From: Clostridia bacterium
Lineage (GTDB): Bacteria > Bacillota > Clostridia > Christensenellales > UBA1242
Direction: 5' to 3'
Assembly: GCA_017523305.1 (NCBI GenBank)
Contig: JAFWWV010000114.1
Location: forward strand, 1 to 53,257
DNA length: 53,257 nucleotides
The notes beneath the pieces are model-generated. The model was not told the DNA's origin and did not search any database. It saw only the letters and a program-made list of their open reading frames with translations. Both the position numbers and the translations under genes were made by a program. This document shows, in pieces, positions 28,280 through 43,200 of this stretch; position 1 is the first letter of the stretch; each line of letters begins with the position of its first letter.

Positions 28280-31200
28280 GTGAAGAAAATGAAAAAGTTT
28301 TTTAGTACATTTTTTGTTTTAATGTTGCTAGTTTGCTGTGGGCTTTTTTATGGTTGTGGTGAGAGATACGACTCGCTTTCTTTTTCGCTGGGTTTTGTTT
28401 ATAAAAAAGGCGATGCTAACGTTACAAGACTTGAAAACGGCGATTATAGAATTTCAGGATCAGAAGGTACTTTTGATGATCACTTAGACGGCTCTTATAC
28501 CTTTTATATAGATTCTACTAACGATAGTACTGCAACTTTTGAAGTTTCGTTCTCAGGTGTTCCTGATGATTTTAACTATGGTGTTACTTTTAGTTTATCA
28601 AACGAAATTTTAAAAATTGATAACAATACAACTCATACAAGTAAAGGTGTTAAAAAACGTATAACAGCTTATGAACCTGGTACAACAGTTTTAACAGCTT
28701 ATAGTAATGAAGGCGGTAAAAAAGCAAGTGTAGTTGTTAATGTTGTTGAAGTTGCAAAAGGAATTTACTTTACAAAAAACAACTTGGCTATAACAAGTGT
28801 TAAAGATAGTGTTTTAAGTTTAAGACAAGAAGGATTATTACAATTAACTCCATTAAAAAGCAGTGTTACAAAAATTACTTATAACATTGGTAAAATGGAA
28901 GATGATGGTATTACATTTACAGAATACACAAACACACAATTATTAAATTTTGGTATTAACTTTAATAAAAACGATTTAACTTTAACTACAATTAAAAATG
29001 GTTTAGGTATTGAAGATTTTTATGTTCAAGCAGTTTATGCAAATCCATTAGGAGATGATTTAATTGCTTACACTCAAGTTAGGGTAGTAAAACCAATTTC
29101 AGAGTTTGAAATTTATTTAGGTAAATCAAGAACAGATGTAACTGAAACAAATAAAATTACAACTAACGATATTCAAAATTTAATTATTAATATTGAAGAT
29201 TTAAACTACATTGATATTATTTTAAAAGTTCACTCAAATGGTGAAAAAGTTGCTTTCAATTATATTAAAGATACAAACTTACCAGTTTACTTTAGAAGTA
29301 ACGGGGAAGATAACTATCTTCAAGATGATAAAGTAACAGATGCCTATTATGATGCTGAAACAGATTCATACTACGCAAAAGCAACATATACATATCATTA
29401 TATAAAAGTAGTTGCTACTAAAAAGACAACTGAAAATGATAACTATCCAGATAGTTTATATCCAATAAAATTTACTTGTGATTATGATTTCTACACAGTT
29501 GATAATTATCCACTAAACAATGTTGTTAACATTAAAAATGATGCTTTAATTAAAAACTTTTCTGTTAACAACCAAGTTTTAGATAATTTAAATATTGTTG
29601 AAAATCAAGCAGCTGTTGAAGGTTTTTACGAATCTGAAATTTATATAAATAGTGATACAGCTGTTTTGGGTACATCTTTAAGAGTTGACGTAGGTAACCC
29701 AGTAAGTATTTTACAAGAAAATGCAAAATACAAAATGAGTTTCTACAATGCAAGTTTTGAAGAACTTACTTCTGTTGCAGAATACTTTAAAGTTCAACGT
29801 ACAATTGGTGCTTCAAAAGATGTTGTAAACGTTGTTAATTTTGAAAATGAATTTGATAAAAATACAACTTTCTATTTAAAACCAAATAACGAAACAAATA
29901 AACTTAATATTGGTGATATTTTCTATATTGTATTAAAGGCTGTTAAGCCAGAAACATATCCAACAAAACAAGCTTGCGCAACTATTAAGTTAAATGTTGT
30001 TCAAGGTATTAGTGAGTTTACAAAATATTCATACGAATATAATTCTTATGAAGTTGACGAAACTACTGGTTTATATAAATTAGATGGAAATAATCAAAAA
30101 ATTGTTCAAACAATAAAAAAAGAAGATATTGAATTTGACGCAACTTTTGTTGGTCTTGAAGAATTATATTTAGACCTTGAAAGTGGTTTTGATGCAACAA
30201 TAATTTTAAGTTATATTCCACTAGGTGCTAATGTTAAAAATATTACTATTACTTCAACTGACGAAACTGTTATTCAAATTATAAGAGACGAAAACGATTT
30301 AGTTAAATTTTATATCAATCCAATTAGTATTGGTAAAGCTCAAGTAAACATTAACACAACAAACTTAAAAGAAACATACACAATTAATGTTAGTGTTTAT
30401 AGACCTATTACTGATTTTACCGTTAACTTGGCTTCAACAAACACTTCTTATGGGGTAGGTGGTTTTGAATTAACACATGACAATAAAAATGTTTCAAGCG
30501 CTCAAGTTAAAGTAAATAAAAGAATTGGTCTTGCTCTTTCAACATTACCATCAACAGCAACTCAATATACTTTAGAATATGCAGTTTATAAAACTGAAGT
30601 TCTTGAAGAAAATTTAATGGGTACTTTCTCAATAGATTATAATGGTGTTGCTTCTTCAGAAATTACTTTAATTGGTAACGAAAATTTCCAATTTGATTGC
30701 TTAAGAAATTCTTTTGTATTTATTCAAGATAATTCTGTTGGTCAAGTTTATTTTGTTATTATTAAACTTACAAATCTTGATGGCTCATATTGGTCACATC
30801 AAGTAAGACTTTCTTCTTATGTTCCTGTTGAAAGTATTGACACTGATTTAACAAAAGTTTCAATTTATAACCCAAATACAATTGCTTATATATCTAAAGA
30901 TGAAACAATTAATGACCCAACTGCTTTTTCTTTAAAAATTGAAACAAACAAAAAGTCTGGTAGAGTAGCTACTTATAATTTTGATAATTATGGTAGAATT
31001 ATTGTAATTGTTAATGGCATTACCGAAAATATCTTTACTTTAAGAGAAGGGGTTTTAAACCCAAGCAATAATAATAGTTTAATTCTTCCAATTAATACAA
31101 TTGTTGATGATAACGGTTATTATTGGTTTAAATTAAACGAAAATTACGATTACAATGTAATTACTACTTCAGTTTATTTATCAATTCAAATTAGAGAAAT

Positions 31201-34200
31201 TAATTATGATTTTACAAAAACAGAATCTATTAGAATTGTTAACGCTGAAGGTGTTTCTGCTTTAACCACTTTTAGTGGAGAACAATTATATTATAAACAA
31301 GGTTTAGCTGATGAAACTCAAATTAATTTAGTTGTTCAAAAAGCAAGTGCATATAACAAAAACTTAATAGTTAAATCTTATGATATTTTAACTGTTAATG
31401 GTGAAGATTATTATGCCGAAAATGAATTAGCATCAAGAGTTGTTAAAGACCTTGTTGTTGAACAAAAAGAAAATACAAACGAATATGTATTAAAATTTAC
31501 TCCAAATAATGCAGGTTTATCAGTTTTAATTGTTATGCCTGAAGATAAAGCAATTACACAAACTCAACACAATTATTTGCTTAAAAAAGAATACGTTAAA
31601 GTAGATATTCTTGAAACAGAGTTCTATAAAAACACTTTCTATTATTTTGATGATCCAAATTATGTAGTAGCTGAAGAATATGTTGCTGATACAGATTATT
31701 ATGTTTATACAACAGTTTTAAATGATGCTACTTCTATTTGGGAAAATTACTTAACTTTCTATGTAACTGTTGCAGATGGTATTAAAGTTCCTTATCAAAT
31801 TTCAACTTTAGATGATTTATATGATGTTTCAGATAATGCTGAATCTGTTACAAAAAGATATGTTTTAACAAAAGATATTGTTTTAGATTCAACTAAAAAC
31901 TGGGAACCAATGGGTAATTACTATCCAGTAAGTGATATAACAGATGAAAATTTCTATGACGGAACATATTATACTTTCTCAGAAGGTAACTACTTAAAAC
32001 AAGATGTTTTTGCTGAAGGTAGCGAATATTATGCATTTGGTTTTAATGGTGAATTTTCTGGAAAATATTCTTACACTAATGTAAGAACTGGTGTTGTAAT
32101 TGATTATTATCACAAAATTTCAAATATAGCATATGTTGGTAACGTTGCTGAAGGTGTTGCAGCATTTGGTTTATTCTATGAAATTGGCCACAATGGTTCT
32201 GTAAAATATTTAAAAATTAGTTATAGTTTCTTCCAACCAACTATTTCTGAAGATTATACTTTTGGTGGTTTAACATATGTTAACTATGGTCAACTTTTAA
32301 ATATTGAAGCTAATTTTGAAAACTTAAAATTAATTTCAGATAAAAATTTAATTGTTGGTGGTTTAGTAGCTAAAAACTACGGTACTGTTCAAAACTTAAA
32401 TCCTACATCTTTAGGTTTAACAGGTTCAATTTATTTAACTATTAAAAATAAAGATGCAAAATACATTGTTGGTGGTTTAGTAGCTGAAAACGAAGGTATT
32501 GTTTGTGGCAGTTATGACACAACAAAACCTATTGTTTATACTTATAATAGTGCTGGTTTTGATTCTTCATTAAATATTATGGTTGACTCAACCTTAGATA
32601 GCACAATATTCTTTGCAGATACTGCAATTGGTGGTGCAGTTGGTAGCAACTATGGTAAAGTTAAAAACCTTTCTGTTCAAGGTAAAGTTATTGCACCTAA
32701 TTGCTATAGTGTTGGTGGTCTTGTTGGTTATGCTCATTATAACGAAATTTATAATGGTGATATTGTAGATGATGTAACTGGTGATACTGTTAGACATTAT
32801 TCAGTTGAAACTTCTTATTCTATTGCAACTGTTGAAGGTAATGATAGAGTAGGTGGTGCAATTGGTTCAGCTGCTGGTAATGATGAACATACTTATGTTT
32901 ATATTAACAATATTAGTGCTGAAAACTATGTTTCTTCAACTAATACTTCAAGAACTTTTGTAAAAGCTGTTAATAGCGTTGGTGGCCTTATTGGTTACGC
33001 TTCAAGAGCAAATATTAGTTACTCTTACACAGTAAGTTACTTTGATTGCAATATGGTTGAAGATGCTACTTATGCAGATAATAATTATGATATTGTTTCA
33101 AAAAATGGTTCTGCAGGTAGTTTTATTGCAAATGCTGTTAATGTTAACATAACAAACTCTTCAAGTTATGTTAATACTAAAGCTAAACAAGATGTTGGTG
33201 TATTTATTGCTTCAGCAAATGCTGTTGCTTCACAAAATACTTTTGCTATAGGTTCTTTCTATTCTCAAGAAAACAGAATGACTTATGGTATTAGTGGAAC
33301 AGGTTCTCCTACAAACTATTGGTACTATGTTGTATTTAACAATAATTCAAACGCAACAATTGTTAATAGTGCAAATGGTGAAACTACAGTTGAAGCTCTT
33401 AAAAATGCTTCAGTTTCAGTAGGTTGGGGCAAAAACGCAAATATTAATGATGGTTTACCTTATTTAACTATTCTTGTAAATGGTGTTTATGAAGTTTTAT
33501 ATGCAACAACTCCTATTACAATTTTAGCAAACGTTAAAAACAATAATGGTAAATACGAAAGTTATATTAAAAACGATGATAGTTCATTAATTTTATTCTT
33601 TAACTATGATTATTTATCAAAATATTTAGTTAATGATATTCAACTTATAAATTTAGTAAGTTTAAATTCTTTCTCAGATTTAGAAGTTTATGCAAAAACT
33701 CATAAGACTGCTAGATTAAACATTAGCACAAATGCTTCAAACGTTGTTGCAATTAATAGCGATGGAACATTAAGAGTTATTGGAGAAGGAAAGGCAACAA
33801 TTACTGTTTCTTCAAAATTAAATACTAATTATAAAGTAGAAATTTATATTGTTGTAAAATACGGCGTTAACGATATAAATTTATATAGCAATGTTGCTTT
33901 AACTGAAAATTTAAAAGATGCTAATAGCAAAATTGAACTTTTAAAATCAAAAACTCAAACATTGTATTTAGAAACAACTTATACTCGTGATTTACAAACA
34001 GCAAATGATGCAGATTTAAAAAGCACAAATGCTATTGGAACAAGATTTATGGTTAAAAACGATACTGTTTTAAGTGATATGCTTGACGCAGTAGACGGTA
34101 AAAAAGATAACAATGTTTCAAATACAATTAATGAATTATTTAAAATTAATGGCTTAACATGGTTCTATAATAGTGATGACGAATTGTTCTATGTAGATGT

Positions 34201-37200
34201 TCCTGCAGGGGCAAATCCAATTATTACACCTATTAAAGCTATGGATAGTAATTACAGAGAATTAACTGTTAGTTATGTTCCAATTTTACAAGAATCATTT
34301 AATGTTACAAGTTCAACAATCGTCTTAAACGAATTTGGTGGAGAATTTGTTTTATCAATTATTAAAGGTGCTACAGATATTATTTTTGAAAATAATATTG
34401 AAAGTAAAATTGAAATCTCTCAATTACAAACCCAAACATTTACTGTAACTTTATTTACTGACTATGAACTTGATGCTATTGTTGATAACTTTGACGCACA
34501 AAACGTTAATGGTATGTTAATAATTGTAAAAAGTGATTTAGTTAGAAATTATGAAGACGAAGCAGAAACAATTTTAAAAAGTATTTCAACAACCTACACA
34601 ATTAACTACAAAGATAAAATGACAGCTGTTGAAAATGATATTACTTATAATTTTGAATTTAATGCTTCTTCAGATGTTACTATAAAAACTAATTTGACTT
34701 TTATTATTCAAGGTCAAGATAAGATTAACCAAGTTTATGGTACAATTTATGCTAATTTAACTGACTTCCCACAAGAACCAGAAAAAAATAATATTATTTA
34801 TAATGGTAACGTTGGCGTATTATCAGTTGAAGTTTATCCATATTTTAGTAACTATAACAAAATGAAGGTTTATTATGAAACACCTTCAAATTATCCATTA
34901 CTTATGACTCAACTTAGTTACAATATTTCTGGCGAATCAGGTGAGTTGTTAACTGATTACCCAGAATCAGGTAGCGTAACTGATTATAACGAGTCAATGA
35001 TGGTTGAAAAATCTAGTGGACAAGATACTTATTTATTAAATAACTTAGGTACTTATTCTTATAGCAAAATTTACTTCTTCAGTTTGCTTGTTGGTAGTGA
35101 AGTTCCTGATGAAACACAATTTACTGTTTATATTGAGTTCTTAACAAGACAAAATAATATTATCGAAACTTTTGCTTATACATTTACAACAATTGCTCAA
35201 CCTGGTGTAGAATTTAGTTTTGCTGATGGTTTAGAAAGTGATGAAGGTATATATTATTTACCAATTAACACAGATAATTTAATGAATGTTAAATTAACAA
35301 ATTATGAAGGCGAAATTAATTGGGAGATAACTTCAAATGATTATGAGTTAACTCAAAACGAAATTGAAATTTTAACTCCAACATTAAAATCTGATGGAAA
35401 TTATTACTTCAAAACATTACAATATGTTTCAAGTACTGCAAATAATAATATCTTTAGCACAGAATTTATTGGTAAAAAGGTAACTATTACAGCAACTATT
35501 GTTGATGGACAAAGATCATATTCTTCATCAAAAGAAGTATTGATTACAATGTTCTCTGTATTAGATATTAAAGTTCAAAACACAACAAATGGTTATATGA
35601 CTTTACCAATGTCTACAACAATGCCTTTACAAGTTGCTTTAAGTTTTAGCTATGATAAAGCATTAACTGAACAAACTGATAACTGGTACAGTAACTGGTA
35701 TACAACTTGGAAGGAAACAAACGATACTAACGATATGCTTTATAAATACTTAGTAGCATGTGGTTATGAAATTGAAGAAAATATTTCAAATTACTTCGCA
35801 CAATTAACAAGTGCAATTTCAAAAGCACAATTTAATTATGAAGATCCTTCTGCTGTAAAAACTTCAGGTGTTTGGTTCTATAAAGAAGGCGACGAAGCTG
35901 GTTACTTACAAACAAATCAATCATATAACGATTCAACTTTTGGTGTTGAACTTTATAATGAATACTTTGCTGTTTACGGCTTCCAAATTGATAAAAATTC
36001 AAATATGTCTATGAGAGTTAACCTTTCATATACAAATAACGAAGGAAATATTATTAAAAACGTTGATGCAAATGGTATCCCTAACGTTTATAACCATAAT
36101 ATTTCTGGCGATAACATTACTTATAAAATTGACTTTACTATTGAAAAAGACTTTATCTTAAACTTTGTTTATAAGTCAGACCTTATTAATGCAATTCCTA
36201 TTTCAACTGAAGAAGAATTTATTAATATGTGCGAAGGTCTTGATTATAGGTTAGTAAATGATATTGTATTATCAAATTACACACCTATTTCAACAGCAAT
36301 AAATACTTTTGATGGTAATAATTACAATATTTATATTACAAGTTTCTCATATACTAGTGATTATGCTGAAAAAGGTGTTTTAGGTTTATTTGATACTGTT
36401 TCAAAAGATACAATTTTATATAATGTAAAAGTTTATTATACAAACAAAGTTACAATGGTTAACGATGTTTATGTGCCAGGTGTAGCGGGTTTAAGTGTTT
36501 CATTATTAAATTCTTTAACTGTTTCATTTGGTGGTATAGCCAGTGTAAATAATGGTACTTTAACAAACTGTACTGTATCTGGTAGATTAAACTTAACCTT
36601 AAATATTGACGTTAATGCTGGTACTATTGCTGATGCATTAAATGGTGGTATTGCAGCAACTAATAGTTCAACAGGTTACATAACAAATTCAAAAGTTCAA
36701 AACTTTGACTTTAATGGTTATGGTGTAACTGGTGGTATAGTAGGCGAGAATAGTGGTAAGATTGTTTCTTGTTACTTTAACAATAGTTCAATTAATAACT
36801 TATCAAGTAATGATACAGCAGGCTTTGTTTATTCAAACTTAGAGGGTGCTGAAATTTATGAAAGTTATGTTCAAGGTTATAGATTAGAAACTGATAACGA
36901 TATTAGAAATACAGGTGTTGGTGTATCTTCAAAAGGTATTGTAGGTGGTTTTGTTCATACTAATGCTGGTATAATTAACGATTGTTATTCAAATATCTCA
37001 CTTTCATCTTCAAAATATATTTCAGGTTTTGTTTATAGAGATGAAAGTACAAGTGAAATTTCAAGATGTTATTCAATTAGTTATAAATCAAGTTCTGACA
37101 ACAGTACTGTTGCTTCACCTTTTGCTGGTGCAAACTCAGCTAACTATACAAAAATTACAATTAACGGCGTTTTAAATAATTGTTATTACTTAAATCTTTC

Positions 37201-40200
37201 AGGAACCTGGAGCGATTTAATTTGGGAGAGTGAAGAACAAAATAAACAAGCTAAGGGATTAACTCTTGACGAATTCTCAACTCATACAAATTTTGCAAAC
37301 TATGACTTGTCCTTAGTTTACAATAAAGGTTTCTACGCTGATAACGAAACAGATTACAGTTACGTAGATGGATACACTTGGGTTATTATTGAAGGTAAAC
37401 CAGTAATTGTTTCAACTCTTGTTGATACAGTAAGCCAAAGAGATTATATTGGTAAATCTAAAAACTATAGTGATGCTTCTTATATTTATTACGACGAAAC
37501 AAATCCAACTAGAATTGAAAAAGTTGAAGTTGCTCTTGGTGTTGATAAATTAAGAACAAGTTACTACGATAACTCAGCTGGTATTGATGTTAACTTATTA
37601 ACAGATGATAATTTGTTATTCTATACAATTTTAGATAACACAAAATCAACACTTACATATTATTTCTCAGCTCATGGCGAAAGTGAAACTATTACAATTA
37701 TGTATAATGTTGATATGGAAGCTGGTGAAATTAAAGATAAAGAATTAATTTATGCTGAATATGGTAACCAAAATCCATCTGTTCTTGACGTAAGAGAAAC
37801 AACTGGAGAAGGAACTTACGTTGAAGATAGTAATTATAGAGCAAATGATACTATTGAAATTACATATAATGATAAAAACATCATTAGCAAAATTTATTAC
37901 AAAGTATTAGAAAGTGCTTCATATTACTATGGTAGCAACGCTTTAGAAATTTCTCACGTTACAGGCGCAAGAACAAATCCTCAAATTATTTACGATTATG
38001 AATCTTTTGTTTTCTATACAACTGAAGATAACGTTGGTAAATATTTTAGAGTAATTAGAGATATTGATTTTAATTATCAATTTACTCCAACTGCATACAC
38101 AGTTTTCCAAGGTGCATTGCAAGGCAATTATATGGAGTTTAATAATTTATCAATTTCTTATTTAAATAATAATACTGATGTTGCAGTTGATGGAGCATCA
38201 AATGCCTTCGGTTTATTTGCTACAGTTAAAACTGTTAGAACAGAAGCAGCAGCAGCTCTTGTTGATGACGAATTTAATACTGTAGTTTCAAACTTAAAAT
38301 TTAATATTATTGAAGTTTTATCAAATGCTCACAACTATGTTGGTGTTCTTGCTGGACATTTAGATGCAAGCGATAATATTTCAAACAGAAAAATCGTTGT
38401 TAACAACGTTTCTATTTCTGGTATGGATGGCAATTCAGCTTATGTACAAGGTAAAAATGCTGTTGGTGGTTTGGCTGGTATTGCAACAGGTAACGTTATT
38501 ATTAAAGATATAACAGCATCAGTTAATATTAATGCTACTAAAGAAATGAATAATGGTGACTCAAGCAAATTGCTTTACGATAGTGGTACAAATAACCCAA
38601 TAACAAACGTAGCTTATGCAGGCGGTGTAATTGGTATATTTGATGCAAACAAAGTAGAAGATAAGTCAACTCAAAAGAATTACAATGCAAACAATATTGC
38701 TGTTAATGGCGAAATAGTTGTTATTGGTGGTGTTGTAGGTAGCGCATTTGGTTTGGTTGGTCCATCAACTACAGTTAACTATGTAAATACTATTATTGAA
38801 AACAGTCCTAAGTGCTATTTACGTTCTATTGCTTATGCAGGTGGTATTGTTGGTGAAAATAGGGGAACTATTATTGGCTCTTCTATCACATACGGCGAAG
38901 TTGAAACTTACTCAAGTGTTAGGGTGGGTGTTTCAAGTTTAGCTTCAATAAACTACTTCTATAATGGTAATGGGGTAGATACAACAATTGCTATTGGTGG
39001 TTTAGTTGGCCTTAACAATGGTGGTATTATTTCAAACTCAATTTCATCTATTGATGTAAGAAATAAAAACGCAACCGTTGCTGGTGGTGCAGTAGGAAGA
39101 ATGATTCAAGGTAAACTTGAAAATGTAACTGCTACTGGTTCTGTAATTTCTAAAGTTATTGTTGGTGGTTTAATTGGAACTATTAATGATATCGATATGA
39201 TTTTAAATGCAGAATATAACCAAACATCAATTATAATGCCTGATTTCTTAACAGGTACTGTAAAAACTATTCTTGCTAACTGTGTTGCTGCTAATAACTG
39301 GTTAGTTAGTGATTATATTTACTACACTAATATGTTAAATTCTGGTAAAGCAGTTGCAGGTTTTATTGGTCTTATTTCTCAAAGTGGTGGAAGCTTAGAC
39401 TTTATTGATTATCAACAAGGTTATAGCTACTATTCAAATACACTTTATACTTCATCAAATAGTACTGTTCCACAAAAATACTTATCAGTTGCTTATGAAT
39501 CTCAAACTTTTGATATGGTTACAGATTTTGAAACAGCAGGTTTAAGTGTTTTAAGAAATAGTGCTGAAGAACAATTCGTTTTCCCATATTCTACAAGAGA
39601 ATTTTATTATGAAGATACTTTTGTTGGTTCTTATTATCAAATAAAAACTGAAACAAATCCTAAATATAAAGCCCTTCCAGAAGGTGATGATACAAACCCA
39701 TTTGCAAGATATATTTATACAATATCTTCAAAAGGTCAAAATGTAAGCAATGTTGATGACTTATATGTAAATATTGCTTTTGATGGTTCTGAAATGCTTG
39801 ATTCTATTAAATGGAATTATACAGTAGCTGATTTTGGAACTCTAACACATTACAATGATCACTTTGGTAAGATTTATATTTATGATGTTACAGAAGGTAT
39901 TTATGTTGAAGTTAAAGACGAAGATACCTTTAACGCAAACAAAGCATTTAATAATACAGATTCTTCTCAACCAGATTATATGAAAACTAAATTCTATTTC
40001 ATAGATAAACCTGTTCTTGAAGAATATAGAGTAGAAAAGAGATATTATACAAATCAAGCTGATGATATATTTATAGATTCTATTTCTAATACTATTACAA
40101 GATATAACAACTATACTTTAACAGCTATTGATAATTATAACGACGTAGATATTATAAGTATTAATGGTGTTCAAATTTATGTTACAGGTGGAAGTTATAC

Positions 40201-43200
40201 AACAGGTGTAGATGCTAACGGTAAAGAAACTAGAACTTATACATATAACGCTTTAACACAACAATTACCAAATAATTCAATCGTTACAAACATTAGTTAT
40301 GTTGTTAAACAAATTACTGTTGCTGACGATTCAATTGAAGGTAGTACAACTTACTTTACTATTGATTATATTGATGTTTCATATACATACTTTGTTAACT
40401 TTGATTTTATTGATTATAAAACAACAAGAATTTCAAACTCAGAACTTAGATATAATTTAACTATTAGTTCTAAAGAAGTAATTTATAACAATTATATTGA
40501 TAATGGTTACTGGGAAGCAGGTAGCAACTTCTTATTAAATGCAGACTATGCAAACGCAAATAAATACTTAAAGAATTTAGAGTTCTCAGATGTTTATTTG
40601 TGGGAAACATTTAGAGCTTCTGAATTAGAAGAAGATGAAACAACTAAAAATCTTTTAATTGATAGTGCTGAAGAATTAGCATTGTATGCTTATTATGTAA
40701 AAAATGGTATTACTGATGGTACAAAACCATATGCTGAAAGAACACTTCAATTAACAAAAGATATCGACTTAAGTGGTAAGTATTGGGTTCCTATTGGAAC
40801 AACTCTTCATCCATTTAAAGGTAAGATTGATGGTAAAGGCAAAATTAATGGACAAGATGTAACTTTCTCTATTAAATATGCAACTATTAATGAAGAAGTT
40901 GGTGCAGAATATGCTGGTATATTTGGTGTAGTTGAAAATGCAACAATTTCTAACATTAATTTAACTGGTGGAGAAATAACAGGTAAGATTGCTGGTGGTT
41001 TAGTAGGTTATGTTAAAGGTAACACAACAAGAATTACTGATATTTCAAGTAGAAATGGTGTTGTTGCTTCAAATTACGCTGGTGGTATAGTAGGTTTAAG
41101 TGATGCAACATCATTAATCTTAAAGAATATTTCTAACAGTGGTGAAGTTGACCATAAAAATAATCCTACTGCTTTAGAAACATCTTTTGGTGGTATTGTT
41201 GGTAAAGCAAAAACTTTAACTTTAGAAAATTGCGCTAACAAAGGTAAAGTTTATGTATTTAACAATAAAACATCATATAGTGGTTCTGGAGTTTTACATG
41301 AAGTTTATGCAGGTGGTTTAACTGGTAAAGTTTCAAACGATATAACAACAAATAGTTATAACCGAAACGAAGGTAATGTTACAGTTAACTCTAACGCTCA
41401 TACTTTATATGTAGGTGGCGCATTTGCGTTTACTTATGGAAGTTCAGTTTTAACAAATGTTAAAAACTATGGTGACTTAGAAGTAAATTATAGTAATATC
41501 TATAGTGCTTTTAACACAAAACAAAATTACTCAAAAGCAACAGTTGGTGGTATTGCTGGTAACTTAAATAACAACATAAAATTATCTGGTAATGAAGGTA
41601 AAATTTCATTCTCAATTAATACAACAGCAAACGCTTATATTGGTATTGGTGGTATTGCTGGTGCAGCTCAAGCTTATAAAACAGCTACTGCTGGTGTTGT
41701 TCAAGGTATTACCGAATGTTATAACACTAACAATATTGATGTTTCTACTATTAGTAAGAAAACTTATGTTGCTGTTTCAGGTATAGTTGGTTTTGCAAAT
41801 ACAACAAAAACTGATTATCACTTCTATGTATCAAACAGTTACAACTCTGGTGATATTCAATCAGATAGTAATAGTAATGTTTATGCAGGTGGTATGTTAG
41901 GTGTTGCTGTTGTTGAACAAACTGGAACAGATTTAAGAAAATATAAACTTGATAAATTTGTAGCAGCTGATATTAAAGCATATGCTTATGTTCAAAAATG
42001 TTTAAATATTGGTTATGTAAATATAACTAATATTTCAAAAACAACAAGTGCTTTAGGTGCTATTGCGTCATTTAAAAATAGTTTACTTAAATTAGCTGAT
42101 ACAGATGCCAACTTCTATTTAAGAGATGCTGCTTATAGTGGAACAACAATATTTAATGGCTATACAGAAGTTGTTTCTGCATCAACCGAAACTTATGAAC
42201 CAGCAGGTTCTGTTGGAACAACTGGTCCAGAAAAGGGAACATTTGCACAGCTTTCAACAACATTGAAAAACTCAACAACATATACAAATAAGGGTTGGTC
42301 AATGTCAGATACTGGTACTTGGATACAAGCTTATGACACTTGGTTCCCATCAATTAGATCAAATATATCTTCTTCAATGTGGTTTGATAAACAAGAAGAG
42401 TTATCACAAGAAAAAGGTAGCTTTATTGTAAATACACCTGAACAACTTGCTTATTTATCAGCAAAAATTAATTCAGGTGAAATTGATTCAACTAATGTTA
42501 CAATTAAACTTACAAATTTTGTTGATTTAGCTAATCGTTATTGGACTCCAATTGGTACAGATGAAAATCCTTTCAGAGGTACATTTGATGGTAATGGTTT
42601 TGTTATTAGAAACTTAACTATTGACGGTGCATACTTAGATGATACAGTTTATGGTGGTTTATTCGGTGTTGTTGAAGATGCTACTATTAAAAACTTAGGT
42701 TTAGAATCAACTATAGTTAAAAATGTAGACAATGCGGCAGCAGTTGTTTGCAAAGCTGTAAATAGTACAATTTCTTATGTATACTCAGACAAGGGTAATA
42801 GTAATAGTACTTCAGTAAGTGGTAAAGTTACTGCTGGTGGTTTAGTAGGTTTAGCAAAAAATTGTTCATTACTAGAATCAAATAATTTCACAGGTGGTAT
42901 TTATTATAGTTATAATAATATTCCAGTTGAAATTGTTGATACCTATTCACAAGGCGATAGTTATGTTGGTGGTTTAGTAGGTAAGTTAGAAAATTCAGTA
43001 ATTGATAGTTCTTATAATAACGTTTATGGTAATGTAAAAACTACTCAAGAACTTGATCCTAACGTTGCAGAAAATCACTATATGTTAATTGCTGGTATTG
43101 TAGACAAAAATAGTTCATTCTTTAATGCATTTAGCATTGCTTCAAGTGTTACAACTCCACTTGATAGTTATGAATGTGAACCAAAATTATTTGTAACAAG

